A stretch of 64,000 nucleotides of DNA from contig CAVQMM010000001.1 of NCBI GenBank assembly GCA_963713615.1, positions 1,824,001-1,888,000 of the forward strand, in the 5' to 3' direction. Source of the stretch: an uncultured Chlamydiae bacterium (GTDB lineage Bacteria; Chlamydiota; Chlamydiia; Chlamydiales; JAJFMA01). Position numbers and translations under genes: made by a program. Each line of letters opens with the position of its first letter. Position 1 is the stretch's first letter. The notes under the pieces are model-generated. The model was not told the DNA's origin. It ran no database searches and saw nothing but the letters and a program-made list of their open reading frames with translations. Below are positions 1-11,200 of the stretch, piece by piece.

Positions 1-438
1 CATCCTGAGATGTGGAGACATTTCGCTCTTAGCTTAGGTCAAGCTGACGAAGAACTTGACCGACAAGAGCCCCGAGCTGCCATTCAGGAAATGATTGCAT
101 CATTCAGTAACCTCTGTCGTGATGGTTCTGTTGCTGAAGGTATTGCTGCCCTGTATGCCTATGAAAGCCAAATTCCTAGCATCAGCGAATCTAAAATAGA
201 AGGTCTGCTCCAGCATTACGGTATGAATAATCCCAAAGACTGGTACTATTTTAGTGTGCACATCGAAGCGGACAAAGAGCATGCCGCAGTAGAGCGAGAA
301 CTTCTTGCTAAGCATGTTACCAGGGACAATGCTCAGGCTGTTAAAAATGCTGTAGAGCAAATATTAGATGGCCTGTGGGCATTCTTAGACAGCCTTTGTG
401 AGAAGTACCAGATCTCCTGCACAATGCCAACTGCTTAG
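1..438 (+). CDS. CADD-like (PqqC/TenA-fold, heme-oxygenase-like diiron) protein, 5'-truncated by window edge
   Basis: Frame open from base 1 (HPEMWRHF); motifs ALYAYESQIP, KIEGL, YFSVHIEADKEH typical of chlamydial CADD/CT610. Confidence 0.8.
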   Translation, partial: HPEMWRHFALSLGQADEELDRQEPRAAIQEMIASFSNLCRDGSVAEGIAALYAYESQIPSISESKIEGLLQHYGMNNPKDWYYFSVHIEADKEHAAVERELLAKHVTRDNAQAVKNAVEQILDGLWAFLDSLCEKYQISCTMPTA

Positions 439-447
439 TTAAAGCGT

Positions 448-1920
448 ATGTTACGCGAAGAGATCCTACAAACCGAAACCATCATCTGCATCATCTGTTC
501 TGCCATTCTGGTGCTAGCAGGCTTGCGTTGGCTCATCAAACGCGCAGAAAAACATGCTGCATACAAACGCGAACTCGAAGAACGTATTCTAGAAGAATGT
601 GAACGAAGGGCTATCGCCGAGGAAAAATGTCGACGTTTGGCTGAGCTTGATGGGGAGCTTAAGGAGCGTGACCAAAAAGTTGCTACCCTGCAACACGACA
701 ATGCTCAGCTGGCTCAACGAGTGGTGCAGTGCGAGACACAGCTCTTTGAAGAACGCAAAAATGCACAAGAGCGCCTTGAACTTGTTAAGTCGGAACAAAT
801 TAAGTTGGCTGATGCCTTCAAAGTCCTATCTGCGGACGCCCTATCTCGTAATAACCAGAGTTTTCTTGAGTTGGCCAAAGCCACTCTTGAGAAATACCAA
901 GAAGGTGCCAAAGGGGATTTGTCCCACCGTCAAGTGGCCATTGATAATCTTGTAAAGCCCATTAAAGAGTCTCTTGATAAGGTAGACCAAAAAATCGGCG
1001 AATTGGAAAAAGCTCGTGCTGCCGCCTATGGTGGACTCTCCGAGCAGGTCCAAGGGCTAGCAAAAACCCAAATACAACTGCAAACAGAAACAGCCAATTT
1101 AGTTAAAGCCCTTCGCCAACCTACCGTCCGGGGTCGTTGGGGAGAGACGCAACTACGTCGCGTAGTAGAACTCGCTGGTATGGTCGAGCAGTGTGATTTT
1201 ACATGTCAAACGTCGATGTCAACCGACGATGGAATGCGCCGTCCCGACCTCATCGTAAAATTGCCAAATGAACATCATATCGTTGTAGATGCCAAAACCC
1301 CGCTACAAGCATACCTAGACGCCTTAGAAGCTCCCGATGAGGTAACAAGAACTGCTCGCCTGATAGACCATGCCAGACAAGTCCGTACACATATCACTCA
1401 GCTTGCTGCCAAAAGCTATTGGGACCAATTTAGTCCCACGCCGGAGTTTGTCGTATTGTTTATCCCTGGAGAAACCTTCTTCGCAGCCGCTCTAGAACAG
1501 GACCCCACTCTGATTGAATATGGTGCAGAGCAGCGCGTGATGGTGGCCACACCAACGACATTAATAGCATTATTGCGTGCTGTGGCTTCGGGATGGCGTC
1601 AGGAAGCCATTACCAAGAACATGCTTAAAATTAGTGAACTCGGAAAACAGCTCTACGACCGTCTGCGAACGCTTGCGGACCATTTCGAGGATATGCGTAG
1701 AGGGCTTGAACGCGCCGTAGAAGGATATAACAAAGCCGTTGGTTCGATGGAAACACGCGTGCTGGTGTCTGCGCGGAAGTTTCGCGAATTAGGTACCATC
1801 GCTCAGGGGGAAATTGTCGAGTTATCCCCGATCGATTCAAGCCCAAGAGCCCTTGCCATGCCTATAGAAGAAACAGAGGCAAGCCCAGAGCTAGTCTCCA
1901 CAGCACAAGCCATCGAGTAA
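448..1920 (+). CDS. rmuC: DNA recombination protein RmuC
   Basis: N-terminal TM, coiled coil, [34 protein letters not shown] motifs. Confidence 0.95.
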   Translation: MLREEILQTETIICIICSAILVLAGLRWLIKRAEKHAAYKRELEERILEECERRAIAEEKCRRLAELDGELKERDQKVATLQHDNAQLAQRVVQCETQLFEERKNAQERLELVKSEQIKLADAFKVLSADALSRNNQSFLELAKATLEKYQEGAKGDLSHRQVAIDNLVKPIKESLDKVDQKIGELEKARAAAYGGLSEQVQGLAKTQIQLQTETANLVKALRQPTVRGRWGETQLRRVVELAGMVEQCDFTCQTSMSTDDGMRRPDLIVKLPNEHHIVVDAKTPLQAYLDALEAPDEVTRTARLIDHARQVRTHITQLAAKSYWDQFSPTPEFVVLFIPGETFFAAALEQDPTLIEYGAEQRVMVATPTTLIALLRAVASGWRQEAITKNMLKISELGKQLYDRLRTLADHFEDMRRGLERAVEGYNKAVGSMETRVLVSARKFRELGTIAQGEIVELSPIDSSPRALAMPIEETEASPELVSTAQAIE

Positions 1921-2062
1921 CAAAGCTCGATGGATAGGCCATAACTACCATCCTATCCTCCTAAATCCTCCTAGATCCGTGTGCATCCGTGTTACTCCTA
2001 AAAATGACACAAACCATTCTATCTTAGTCTCTTTGTGGAAAAATCCCTAAATCCGCTCTTCA

Positions 2063-3616
2063 TCAAAACGGCAAATCGCGTGTGGCTGTAGAAGTCTCAA
2101 GAGAACGAAAACTCATGGCTTCCATCAAGTGTGTCTGCTCCATCTTGGGAGCCCCTTCTAAATCCGCAATCGTTAATGCCACTCTCAGAAGCCTGTCACA
2201 TGCACGTGCTGATATCCCAAGAACATCCACAGCATGCTGAAGAGCCATATGGCATCCTGTATCTAGTGGACAATATTGCTTGATCTCGCGAGAGGTCATC
2301 TGGCTATTCGTCTTCGTCTTACCGAAACGCTGATGCTGCCGACGTCGAGCCAGTCGAACTCTCTCTCGCACCACCGAAGAGGTTTCAGCCGCTGCGGCCT
2401 GCCCATGGAGGTCGCGGTAGCGTTGTGCTGGAACCTCTATGTGCATATCCAGGCGATCACGCAAGGGGCCTGAGATTCTACTGCGATAGCGATCTGTCTG
2501 AATCTGAGTATCGCGGCAAGGCTTATCAGGATGTCCAAGGTAGCCACATGGGCAGGGGTTCATAGCTGCCAAACAGATGAAGCTAGTAGGAAACGTAATA
2601 TTCCCATTGGCACGGCTAATGGTCACATGCCTGTCTTCAAGGGGCTGTCGCAAAACCTCTAGCACCGTGCGGGGAAATTCCGGCAGCTCGTCGAGGAAAA
2701 GTACGCCATTATGTGCCAAGGCGACTTCGCCAGGGCGAGGAACATGCCCCCCACCGATAAGACCTGCATAGCTGACAGTATGATGTGGAGAACGAAATGG
2801 ACGCTGAGTGACAATATTATGTCCATCTAACAATACCCCAGCAATGGAATGTATCTTAGTGGTTTCTAAAGCTTCTTCTAGGGTCAGATCTGGCAGAATA
2901 CCGCTGAAGGCTTTGGCTATCATCGTCTTTCCAGAACCTGGTGGACCACTCATCAGGACATTATGTGCACCAGCAGCAGCTACTTCCATCGCTCTTTTAA
3001 CATGTGCTTGACCACGCACATCACCAAAGTCCACCAATGGTGTGGTATTTTGGAAGATGCTTGAGGTAAGAGTCATTTCCAATGGTCGGATTGTTTCAGG
3101 GTTATTGATCAGCCCAACAGCTTTCTTAAGGTTATCTACAGCGATGACTGCGATACCGGGCACAGCTGCGGCTTCGCGAGCGTTGGCTGCAGGGAGAATG
3201 ATTCCCTTCTTGCCCATCTGACGCGCCAAAACCGCCATGGATAATGCTCCATTGATGCGTCTAATCTCCCCACCCAATCCCAACTCACCAACGATCAGAT
3301 AGTCATTTTCAATCAAGGGACCTTTGAGCATTTCCAAGGCACGCAGTAACCCAAGAGCTATGGGTAGGTCGTAGAGAGCTCCTTCCTTTCTCAAGTTTCC
3401 AGGTGCAAGATTGACGGTAAATCTAATGGTGCCTAAAAAAAATCCTGAATTTCGAATAGCCGTAACTGTGCGATCTCTTGCTTCTCGAACAGCCGCGTCG
3501 GGAAGACCAACGATCACATAACAAGACTCCTCGGCAGCGGACGCATCAACCTCGACCTCAACGGCAACAGCGTCCAATCCAAGTAGTGCAGCAGAGTGTA
3601 ACCGTGCCAAGCCCAT
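2063..3616 (-). CDS. comM: YifB/ComM Mg-chelatase-like AAA+ ATPase
   Basis: VGLPDAAVREA, NLAP, GPPGSGKTM, RPFRSPHH, LFLDELPEF, AMNPCPCG. Confidence 0.95.
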   Translation of the reverse strand: MGLARLHSAALLGLDAVAVEVEVDASAAEESCYVIVGLPDAAVREARDRTVTAIRNSGFFLGTIRFTVNLAPGNLRKEGALYDLPIALGLLRALEMLKGPLIENDYLIVGELGLGGEIRRINGALSMAVLARQMGKKGIILPAANAREAAAVPGIAVIAVDNLKKAVGLINNPETIRPLEMTLTSSIFQNTTPLVDFGDVRGQAHVKRAMEVAAAGAHNVLMSGPPGSGKTMIAKAFSGILPDLTLEEALETTKIHSIAGVLLDGHNIVTQRPFRSPHHTVSYAGLIGGGHVPRPGEVALAHNGVLFLDELPEFPRTVLEVLRQPLEDRHVTISRANGNITFPTSFICLAAMNPCPCGYLGHPDKPCRDTQIQTDRYRSRISGPLRDRLDMHIEVPAQRYRDLHGQAAAAETSSVVRERVRLARRRQHQRFGKTKTNSQMTSREIKQYCPLDTGCHMALQHAVDVLGISARACDRLLRVALTIADLEGAPKMEQTHLMEAMSFRSLETSTATRDLPF

Positions 3617-3708
3617 AACGTCCTACATGTAAAAAATTTGAATGACATCTTAGGAGAGGTGGGGATTTGCTACAATAGGACATTTGGAAAAATGCGTGCG
3701 AAAGATCG

Positions 3709-5304
3709 CTAGGTTAGCAAAGCTCTAGTAAAATGTGTTTCTTCGACATCTAGCTCTCGCTCTAGCATACCTAGCAACCGATCATCAAGTTCTCCACGTT
3801 CCCATATCTGCAATAAACAGGTTCGTTGGGCCTGAAGCACTTTTTGTCGCGCAAGCTCTAACTGATGCGGATTGGATTCAAGAGGGGGTTGCGCCATTTC
3901 CCAAATGCGATGACGTGCATTGATATACATCGACAAGAAGATGCGGTCCTCTTCACTAAGCTTGCCTTGGCTAAATAGACGTTGAATTTCATCTTCAGCG
4001 GCTTTCACAAGTAGTTTTCTAGTATGCGAGGTGCTAGAATCGCTATCAGGGCAGTGATGGATTTTTAGCCATCGAATGACCGTAGGAAGAGTGAGGCCGG
4101 GAATAATAAGTGTAAGCAAAATCACAATGAAGGTGATAAATATCACCACTTCACGGCCAGGTAACGGCATGCCATCAGGAAGGGTCTCTGGTAGCGCAAG
4201 TGCGGCCGCCAAAGATACAATCCCACGCATGCCCGACCACCCCAGAAGAGCAGCATCGCGAAGGATCATTGGACACTGTGCAACCTTCTTAGGCTGACGG
4301 CTTGCACGTATGTAATCGATGCCTTGTTTTGCGTAAACCCAAGCCATGCGCACTGCTATGAGCACAATGGTAAAAAATATGCCATAGCCAGTATAGCGCA
4401 CCATTTCCTCGGCCGTCATTCCCTCCGTTACGATTCTAAGCTGTGAACCGATCAAAATAAACACAAAACAATTCAATAATATGACAAAAATATCCCAAGA
4501 AGAGTACCCCACAACACGTCTTAGTGATGAATGATGCTTTATAAGAATACGTGCGCCTATCAATCCATTGATCACTACTGCTAGAACGCCTGATACGCCA
4601 ATCAGATCAGCACTAATATAAACGATGTAAGGCATCGTAAAGGAAAATACAACTCCCACGATAGGATCCAAAAAGCGTCTTGAAAATCTTTGAAGAATAA
4701 AGCCACTAATCAGCCCAACACATATTCCACCGAGAGTTATTCGGCCAAATTCCAACATTCCCTCTGACAGCGAAAAAACTCCCGATAATAGGGCTGCTAC
4801 ACCCAATCGGTATAGGACCAATGCGGAAGCATCGTTGATGAGGCTCTCTCCCTCTAAAGTCGTCAACAGACTAGAACGAATAGTGAAGCGTTTGAGGATG
4901 ACTGTAGCCGAAGCTGCATCGGGTGGCGAAACCGTGGCTCCGAAGACAAAAGCCAGTGCCCATGGTAGATCAGGGAATAACCATTTAAATGACAGGCCCA
5001 CAAATACTGTTGTGGCCACTACCAAGCCTAAAGCTAACGATAAAATATCTCGTAGCCGCTCCTTGAACTCGCGAAATGAGATCCAAAAAGCCGCATAGTA
5101 CAAAATAGGTGGCAATACAACTACCAAAATCAAATTGGGATCGAAGTAAACGGGTGGCAAACCAGGAATAAAACCTAGGATAGCGCCTCCGATAACAAGG
5201 ATAATCGGATAAGGAAGTCGGAGCTTCTGGGCGATACCAACCAATAGGATTGCTATCGCCATTAGCCCTACGAGGAGTTGAAAACTACCCACTAGCCCTC
5301 TCAT
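3709..5304 (-). CDS. CPA1 family Na+/H+ antiporter (NhaP/YjcE-like)
   Basis: Multi-TM; LPPILY, SPPDAA, LEGESLINDASAL, GMRGIVSLAAAL. Confidence 0.9.
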   Translation of the reverse strand: MRGLVGSFQLLVGLMAIAILLVGIAQKLRLPYPIILVIGGAILGFIPGLPPVYFDPNLILVVVLPPILYYAAFWISFREFKERLRDILSLALGLVVATTVFVGLSFKWLFPDLPWALAFVFGATVSPPDAASATVILKRFTIRSSLLTTLEGESLINDASALVLYRLGVAALLSGVFSLSEGMLEFGRITLGGICVGLISGFILQRFSRRFLDPIVGVVFSFTMPYIVYISADLIGVSGVLAVVINGLIGARILIKHHSSLRRVVGYSSWDIFVILLNCFVFILIGSQLRIVTEGMTAEEMVRYTGYGIFFTIVLIAVRMAWVYAKQGIDYIRASRQPKKVAQCPMILRDAALLGWSGMRGIVSLAAALALPETLPDGMPLPGREVVIFITFIVILLTLIIPGLTLPTVIRWLKIHHCPDSDSSTSHTRKLLVKAAEDEIQRLFSQGKLSEEDRIFLSMYINARHRIWEMAQPPLESNPHQLELARQKVLQAQRTCLLQIWERGELDDRLLGMLERELDVEETHFTRALLT

Positions 5305-5424
5305 CGTGAATCGGAACGAGAGCTTACCGTATCTCTTGATGTATTTTCATGACAAGTCATTGGAAAGAGAGAGAAAAAAAGAGCCCTCGAAGAGAGAAAA
5401 GGACCAAAACGACGAAACAGCCAT

Positions 5425-5690
<266 letters not shown>

Positions 5691-5738
5691 TTGATCATCG
5701 GACATCTCGAACGAATTCTGCAATCCAAGCAACCCGCT

Positions 5739-5768
5739 AAAAAAAATGCGGTCTATCATAGACCGCAT
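5739..5768 (-). terminator. Rho-independent terminator
   Basis: Hairpin ATGCGGTCTA-tca-TAGACCGCAT followed on the minus strand by a T-run. Confidence 0.75.
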
Positions 5769-5827
5769 CTTAGGATGTCTCCCGTAGGATCACAGCTAAT
5801 GCCTACCAGCCTGACTGTGAAGAACAT
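5756..5827 (-). CDS. Putative 23-aa small protein MFFTVRLVGISCDPTGDILRCGL
   Basis: AGGAGG 8 nt before ATG; stop falls in the terminator loop; below ORF-track cutoff. Confidence 0.35.
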   Translation of the reverse strand: MFFTVRLVGISCDPTGDILRCGL

Positions 5828-5876
5828 AGAGTATACCTCCTGAACATTTAGATTATGTTAAGAGATAACAAATCGA

Positions 5877-7226
5877 TCATTCAACGGAAGCAATATCCAA
5901 TACAAAGTACGCAGGAAATGCAAAATTATTGTTAGGCCGCGGAGCAACTTTAAGCATTACCTTTCGCCCTACCAAAGAATCCAAATTAACTTTAGTGCTG
6001 TACAAGAACGCAATCGGAATGTCATCAACATGGTCTATGAGGACAAAATTGCCTGGCTTAGCCTTAATCAAACGACGATAAGGCTGTACGCTTCCATGCA
6101 CCTGCATGCCCAAAAGACCCTGCTCATTATAGAAATCATCTAGAGTACCATTCGGATGCGATAGTAACCATCTCTGATAAAAAGCGTCCTCTAGAACCGC
6201 CCAAGGATCCGCGGGGTTAATAGGCTGAGAATCTGTCATTGTCAATGGAGCACTCTCGGCAGCGCGCTCAGTAGGCCTCTGAGGCTGGTGGTGTTGCACA
6301 GGCACTGCTGCCGTACTGGCTGACGCTAACTGCTCCGTAGTCCGGGTGCGAAGGCATTGCTCCATAACCTCAAGGCTTGCTTGCTGTGTCGCCATCTGTT
6401 GGGCTAGCTCCTTGCAGCGCACATTCCAAGATTCTGAAGCCTGAGCCGCTTGCTGCTGCAAATAATCAATCTTTTTGCGATTATAAGCCTCTTGATCCTC
6501 CGAAAGAAGACGCTGTGCCCTCCTACTTTGCTCCGGAACATCGGTATATTCGACAATAACATTCTCGAGTTCCTGACAAGCTTTGCCCAAATCAATCTCT
6601 TCAAATGATTTGGCGAGTTCCGCTTGACAGGCAACGTGGGCCTGATCAACTTTAGCACTCGCATCGCGCTGACGGCGCTCTATACGGTCCATTAAATCAA
6701 TATCACCGGCATGCTCGATATAATCTGTTGCTACGTAAAAACGAACAACTTCTGGCAGTGCTATCTGCAGCCACTTATTATTAATTGGCGAGACATGACC
6801 GTCAACACGATCACCCTTATTGAGCTGAACAAGCACCGGAGCATCGAGATGGGGCTCTGAGCGCACATTAACGTGGTTGCCCTCAACAATATCATCAATG
6901 ATATAAGTGCGATAGACAAACGCTTTAGTGCGCGCTGGAGGGCGAATGGCGTAGAAGCCATTCTGTTCGCCAAGAATCACCACCAAATCACCTCCAGACA
7001 GCTCGTCGAGAATGGGGCTATCTACACTAGGCTCTAGGCGTACCCGCACTTTTGACCCAGTCACTCTACCAGTAAAGGGCTCCAGCGTACCGGCACCACT
7101 GTCTCGCTGCATCGCTCTCGATTGTACTGGCAATAAGGGCTCCTCAGCAATCGAAGATGCAAAAGTCGTGCATAGGAATATCGCACTGATCATAAATGCG
7201 AGACGTATCTTTGCTCTCTTAACCAT
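5877..7226 (-). CDS. Secreted SH3-domain protein (chlamydial CT017/Ctad1-like)
   Basis: Signal peptide; two SH3b-like repeats (KVRVRLEPS..., HVNVRSEP...); C-terminal NNFAFPAYFVL. Confidence 0.8.
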   Translation of the reverse strand: MVKRAKIRLAFMISAIFLCTTFASSIAEEPLLPVQSRAMQRDSGAGTLEPFTGRVTGSKVRVRLEPSVDSPILDELSGGDLVVILGEQNGFYAIRPPARTKAFVYRTYIIDDIVEGNHVNVRSEPHLDAPVLVQLNKGDRVDGHVSPINNKWLQIALPEVVRFYVATDYIEHAGDIDLMDRIERRQRDASAKVDQAHVACQAELAKSFEEIDLGKACQELENVIVEYTDVPEQSRRAQRLLSEDQEAYNRKKIDYLQQQAAQASESWNVRCKELAQQMATQQASLEVMEQCLRTRTTEQLASASTAAVPVQHHQPQRPTERAAESAPLTMTDSQPINPADPWAVLEDAFYQRWLLSHPNGTLDDFYNEQGLLGMQVHGSVQPYRRLIKAKPGNFVLIDHVDDIPIAFLYSTKVNLDSLVGRKVMLKVAPRPNNNFAFPAYFVLDIASVE

Positions 7227-7319
7227 CCCTCTACTCCCAAATAAGGCAGGGTTCTTGATAGCCTTATGGCAAACCTTCTATTGGAGAAAAATCATAGGCT
7301 TTTTGGCTTTTTTTCTCAA

Positions 7320-8045
7320 TCAGCTTTGAAGCACAGCAACGATATGCTCGCAACCTTGCTTGCCACATGTGCAACCCATCGGGTTACCAAGGAAGACACT
7401 ATAATGCTCTCGAGCATCCAGCCTATTGGAAACTCGATAAAGATTGTCCCCTGTCTGCTGAATATCCCACTGTTGAAACTGAAGCTCGGTGTCATCTATC
7501 TTTGGCTCATGCTCGTGAACAACATGAGACACCTCTGCATCACCAGAAAGTGCCCGTGCGATCTGACAATGAAAACAGTTGCAGTGAGGCTCCGCCTTTG
7601 GTAACGACTGAGTATCCTCTACAGCCATCCACTTAGCTATGGATGAAACTTTTTCTAAAACTTCAGCTGGCAAGCTAGGAGCATTCGCCTGAGCAGGGTT
7701 ATGCTGTAGCATCGTTCCTAAATTCTCAAGAGAACTGAAAGCCATTCGTACTGGCGCACCACTCGCATCCGGCGACAGTAAAGACTGTAGCAGAGCACTA
7801 AGCGGATTCCCAGATGGCTGCTTAGCGGCCTCGCTATGCTGCTCTGGCTCCTCGTGCTCTAAATAAGCCTGATGCGCCTTAAAGATAAGCTCGATTTCAG
7901 TCAGCTTAAGGTCAGGCACATATACCGCTTCTCCCCCAGAAAGAGTGACGATCATGATGCCATCAGTCATGTGGATGGAATGAATATTTCGCCAGCTTGT
8001 GGAGATATAAGGAGGTATGCTGATGATTCTATTGGTAATTTTCAT
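7320..8045 (-). CDS. Chlamydial conserved protein (CT016-like), Cys-rich C-terminus
   Basis: Starts MKITNRIISIPPYISTSW; EPHCNCFHCQI and GCTCG...CEHI motifs; start moved to ATG 8045. Confidence 0.8.
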   Translation of the reverse strand: MKITNRIISIPPYISTSWRNIHSIHMTDGIMIVTLSGGEAVYVPDLKLTEIELIFKAHQAYLEHEEPEQHSEAAKQPSGNPLSALLQSLLSPDASGAPVRMAFSSLENLGTMLQHNPAQANAPSLPAEVLEKVSSIAKWMAVEDTQSLPKAEPHCNCFHCQIARALSGDAEVSHVVHEHEPKIDDTELQFQQWDIQQTGDNLYRVSNRLDAREHYSVFLGNPMGCTCGKQGCEHIVAVLQS

Positions 8046-8139
8046 AAGCCACCCTTTAGAGTATTGAGCTTTTTGTGCAGAACCACTGCCCTCTTCAACC
8101 ATCATTTTAGGCGATGTTAGCCACTTCTGTCAAGCTTTT

Positions 8140-8166
8140 TTAGCACTTTAAACATTCAAGTGCTGA
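8140..8166. promoter_or_regulatory. CIRCE element (HrcA operator) in the divergent CT016-like/phoH intergenic region
   Basis: TTAGCACTT-N9-AAGTGCTGA versus consensus TTAGCACTC-N9-GAGTGCTAA, with a compensatory C>T/G>A pair. Confidence 0.8.
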
Positions 8167-8249
8167 ATTGCCTCACACTTAAAATAAAAGGTTGTTGCTT
8201 ACCGCTCACTGAGCTATCATGCGTTTTTTTGACAAATGTGAGACATTCC

Positions 8250-9578
8250 ATGGTTGCACAGAAAAAGCCTTCTTCCCTTTTAAAAGCTTTCGTCCTCGAT
8301 ACCAACGTTCTTTTGCACGACCCGGAATCCTTCTCTAAATTCCCCAATCAAGAAGTGATCATCCCCGTCACCGTGCTCGAAGAATTAGACCACCTAAAGC
8401 GTTTGCCTAGCGAGGTAGGTCGAAACTCGCGTGTGGTCATCCGCAATCTGGATACCCTGCGCGAAAAGGGCAAAGGGGATATGGGCGAAGGCGGCATCCA
8501 GCTTGATAATGGCTCCGTGGTCCGCATTCAGATTCAAATTAAAACCGACTACGACCCCAACTTCGCTTCTACTGTTCAGGACAACAGAATCATCCTAGCA
8601 GCCTTGTGGCTTCAGGATCAGGGAACACGAAAGGTTATATTTGTCTCGAAAGATTTTGGCGCCCGCCTGAAGGCGGAAGCGGTAGGGATAGAGGCTCAAG
8701 ACTACAGAAACCTGAAGTTTTCGTATGAAGCCATCTATCGAGGAATGCGCACTGTTGAAGTCCCCAAACATGATATCGATGTCTTCTATAAAGATGGAAC
8801 GCTTCCCCCTCCTGGGTCAAATTTTCGTCCCAATGAATACTGCTCTTTGAATGCCCCGGGTCCAACAACTGGCTTGGCCAAGTTCAACCAGGAAAAAGGA
8901 GTCTTAGAGCCCCTCCTGAAACCTAAAAATCTTTGGGGCATTGAAGCGCGCAATCCAGAACAACGTTGCGCTATCGACCTGCTTTTGCGCGATGATGTAA
9001 AGTTAGTCACCCTGATAGGCCCTGCAGGAACCGGTAAGACTCTCCTGGCCTTGGCCTGTGGCCTACGCAAGGTCTTCGACGATGGCATCTACTCTCGCAT
9101 ATTAGTAAGCCGTCCTATTGTTCCGCTCGGACGAGATATCGGCTATCTGCCAGGGACCAAAGAGGAGAAGTTATTTCATTGGATGCAGCCCATCTATGAT
9201 AACCTTGAATTTTTATGCGAATCGTCAGGTCATGAACCCAATGAAACCTTACGTTGGGTCTTAGATAGCAAAAAAATCGAAATGGAGGCCGTCACCTATA
9301 TCAGAGGACGCTCCATCCCTAGACAGTATTTCATCATCGATGAAGCGCAAAATCTTTCTCCCCATGAGATCAAAACAATCATCTCACGTGCCGGAGAAGG
9401 CACCAAGGTCGTGTTAACTGGCGATCCATCGCAAATCGACAACCCGTACCTGGATAAGGATTCCAATGGCCTTACCTATACAGTGGGACAGTTTAACGAA
9501 TACCCGATCTTCGGTCATATGTTCCTAGAGAAAACTGAACGATCCGCCTTGGCAGCCCTAGCTGCAGACATTATGTAA
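8250..9578 (+). CDS. phoH: PIN-PhoH family protein (PhoH2-like)
   Basis: PIN domain (FVLDTNVLLHDP, LEELD, DNRI) plus PhoH ATPase (GPAGTGKT, RGRS, DEAQN, GDPSQID); likely start ATG 8250. Confidence 0.9.
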   Translation: MVAQKKPSSLLKAFVLDTNVLLHDPESFSKFPNQEVIIPVTVLEELDHLKRLPSEVGRNSRVVIRNLDTLREKGKGDMGEGGIQLDNGSVVRIQIQIKTDYDPNFASTVQDNRIILAALWLQDQGTRKVIFVSKDFGARLKAEAVGIEAQDYRNLKFSYEAIYRGMRTVEVPKHDIDVFYKDGTLPPPGSNFRPNEYCSLNAPGPTTGLAKFNQEKGVLEPLLKPKNLWGIEARNPEQRCAIDLLLRDDVKLVTLIGPAGTGKTLLALACGLRKVFDDGIYSRILVSRPIVPLGRDIGYLPGTKEEKLFHWMQPIYDNLEFLCESSGHEPNETLRWVLDSKKIEMEAVTYIRGRSIPRQYFIIDEAQNLSPHEIKTIISRAGEGTKVVLTGDPSQIDNPYLDKDSNGLTYTVGQFNEYPIFGHMFLEKTERSALAALAADIM

Positions 9579-9601
9579 TCAGCCTCGAAAAGACTATTTT
9601 T

Positions 9602-11200
9602 ATGGAAGACAAGCCCATCATCACAATCCGACCTTTGAGTCTCAGTGATTTGCCTGCTGTTGTGGCGTTACAACAGCGCGCCTTTCCTGATATGCCTATT
9701 TGGAAGATTGAAGATCTTGCCCATCACCTAACCATCTTCCCTGAGGGACAGATTGTCGCCATTGATCAAACCGGTCGTATCGTCGGTTCCGCCAGTTCTC
9801 TAATCATCGACTGGGATGATTACTTTGAATCTGCACAATGGTCAACCATTACAGAACATGGAACATTCAACACTCACAACCCTCTAGGGATCACGCTTTA
9901 TGGCGCTGATATGAGTGTTGATCCCGATATGCGTCGGCAAGGCATTGGCACTCTCATGTATGACGCTCGCAAGCAATTGGTCAAGGACCGAGGCCTAAAG
10001 CGAATGTTGGCTGGGGGGCGGATTCCTGGTTATGTCCAAGTTCAGCATGAGATGTCCCCAAAGCAATACATTACAGAAGTTATCCAAGGCAAGCGGAAGG
10101 ATCCTACACTGAATTTTCAACTCAGAAACGGTTTTGTCGTTTTAGACATCGTACCAGACTATCTGAAGGATAAGCAATCCGCAGGTTTTGCCACGCTACT
10201 GGAATGGCTCAATCCCGAATACGTCATGCACGTCAGTTTACGTGAGCGCGAAGAACACATCGCTTTGAAGGAGCTCGAAAAAGAGGCGCTTAAAGAATCC
10301 CCCCCACCGCGTCGAGTGCGCATAGCTACGCTGCAGTATCTACTGCGTCACATCAACTCCTTTGAAGAATTTGCCAGTCAGGTCGAATTTTTTGTTCGCA
10401 GTGCCAAAGAGTACAATAGCCAATTTGTGCTTTTTCCAGAATTATTCACCATGCAATTGTTGAGCTATTTGAAAGAATCTTCCCCAGGACGTGCCACGCG
10501 CATGTTGGCTCAGCTCACTTTAAGATATGATACCCTCTTCAAACGACTGGCTACTGACAATGGTCTTTATATCATAGCTGGGACACACCCTGTCATCGAA
10601 AAGGGTGAACTGTTCAATGCGGCACACCTCTTTACACCCCATGGCCGTGTGTTCCGACAGAAAAAAGTTCATCTCACCCCTACAGAAAAAAACCAGTACC
10701 AGATGAGCCGCGGTCATGGCTTTTATGTCTACCACACAGACTTTGGCAAAATTGCCATTCTTGTATGTTATGACGTGGAATTTCCCGAAGCTGCTCGGGT
10801 AATGGCTGAGGCCGGTGCTGAAATTCTCTTTGTCCCCTCCTGCACAGACGATCGTCAAGCCTTTTGCCGAGTGCGTTATTGCGCTCAAGCGCGCGCCATT
10901 GAAAATCAGATCTATGTTGTCATGGCATCCACGGTAGGCAACCTTCCCCAAGTACCTGGTATGGCAACCAACTATGGTCAAGCTGCTATCTTTACTCCTT
11001 CAGATTATTTCTTTGCTCGCGACGGCATTGCTGCCGAAGGAGTCATCAATCAAGAGCAAATGGTCATCTCAGATGTGGATTTGGATCTCCTAAACGAACG
11101 TCGTGCCAATGGCACCGTCATCCCTCTTAATGACATCATCAAAGATGCCTATGATCGCATCATTCACTATTCCGATTGGCCGATCGACAACAAAGAATAA
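9602..11200 (+). CDS. Bifunctional GNAT N-acetyltransferase / carbon-nitrogen hydrolase
   Basis: GNAT motif A (VDPDMRRQGIG); nitrilase triad E (FPEL), K (KVH), C (VCYDVEFPE). Confidence 0.9.
   Translation: MEDKPIITIRPLSLSDLPAVVALQQRAFPDMPIWKIEDLAHHLTIFPEGQIVAIDQTGRIVGSASSLIIDWDDYFESAQWSTITEHGTFNTHNPLGITLYGADMSVDPDMRRQGIGTLMYDARKQLVKDRGLKRMLAGGRIPGYVQVQHEMSPKQYITEVIQGKRKDPTLNFQLRNGFVVLDIVPDYLKDKQSAGFATLLEWLNPEYVMHVSLREREEHIALKELEKEALKESPPPRRVRIATLQYLLRHINSFEEFASQVEFFVRSAKEYNSQFVLFPELFTMQLLSYLKESSPGRATRMLAQLTLRYDTLFKRLATDNGLYIIAGTHPVIEKGELFNAAHLFTPHGRVFRQKKVHLTPTEKNQYQMSRGHGFYVYHTDFGKIAILVCYDVEFPEAARVMAEAGAEILFVPSCTDDRQAFCRVRYCAQARAIENQIYVVMASTVGNLPQVPGMATNYGQAAIFTPSDYFFARDGIAAEGVINQEQMVISDVDLDLLNERRANGTVIPLNDIIKDAYDRIIHYSDWPIDNKE

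Noticed and set aside
1948..1998. ATCCTCCTA and ATCCGTGT short repeats between rmuC and comM
   Set aside because: Resembles a lone repeat arm, but no inverted partner seen; too short to call
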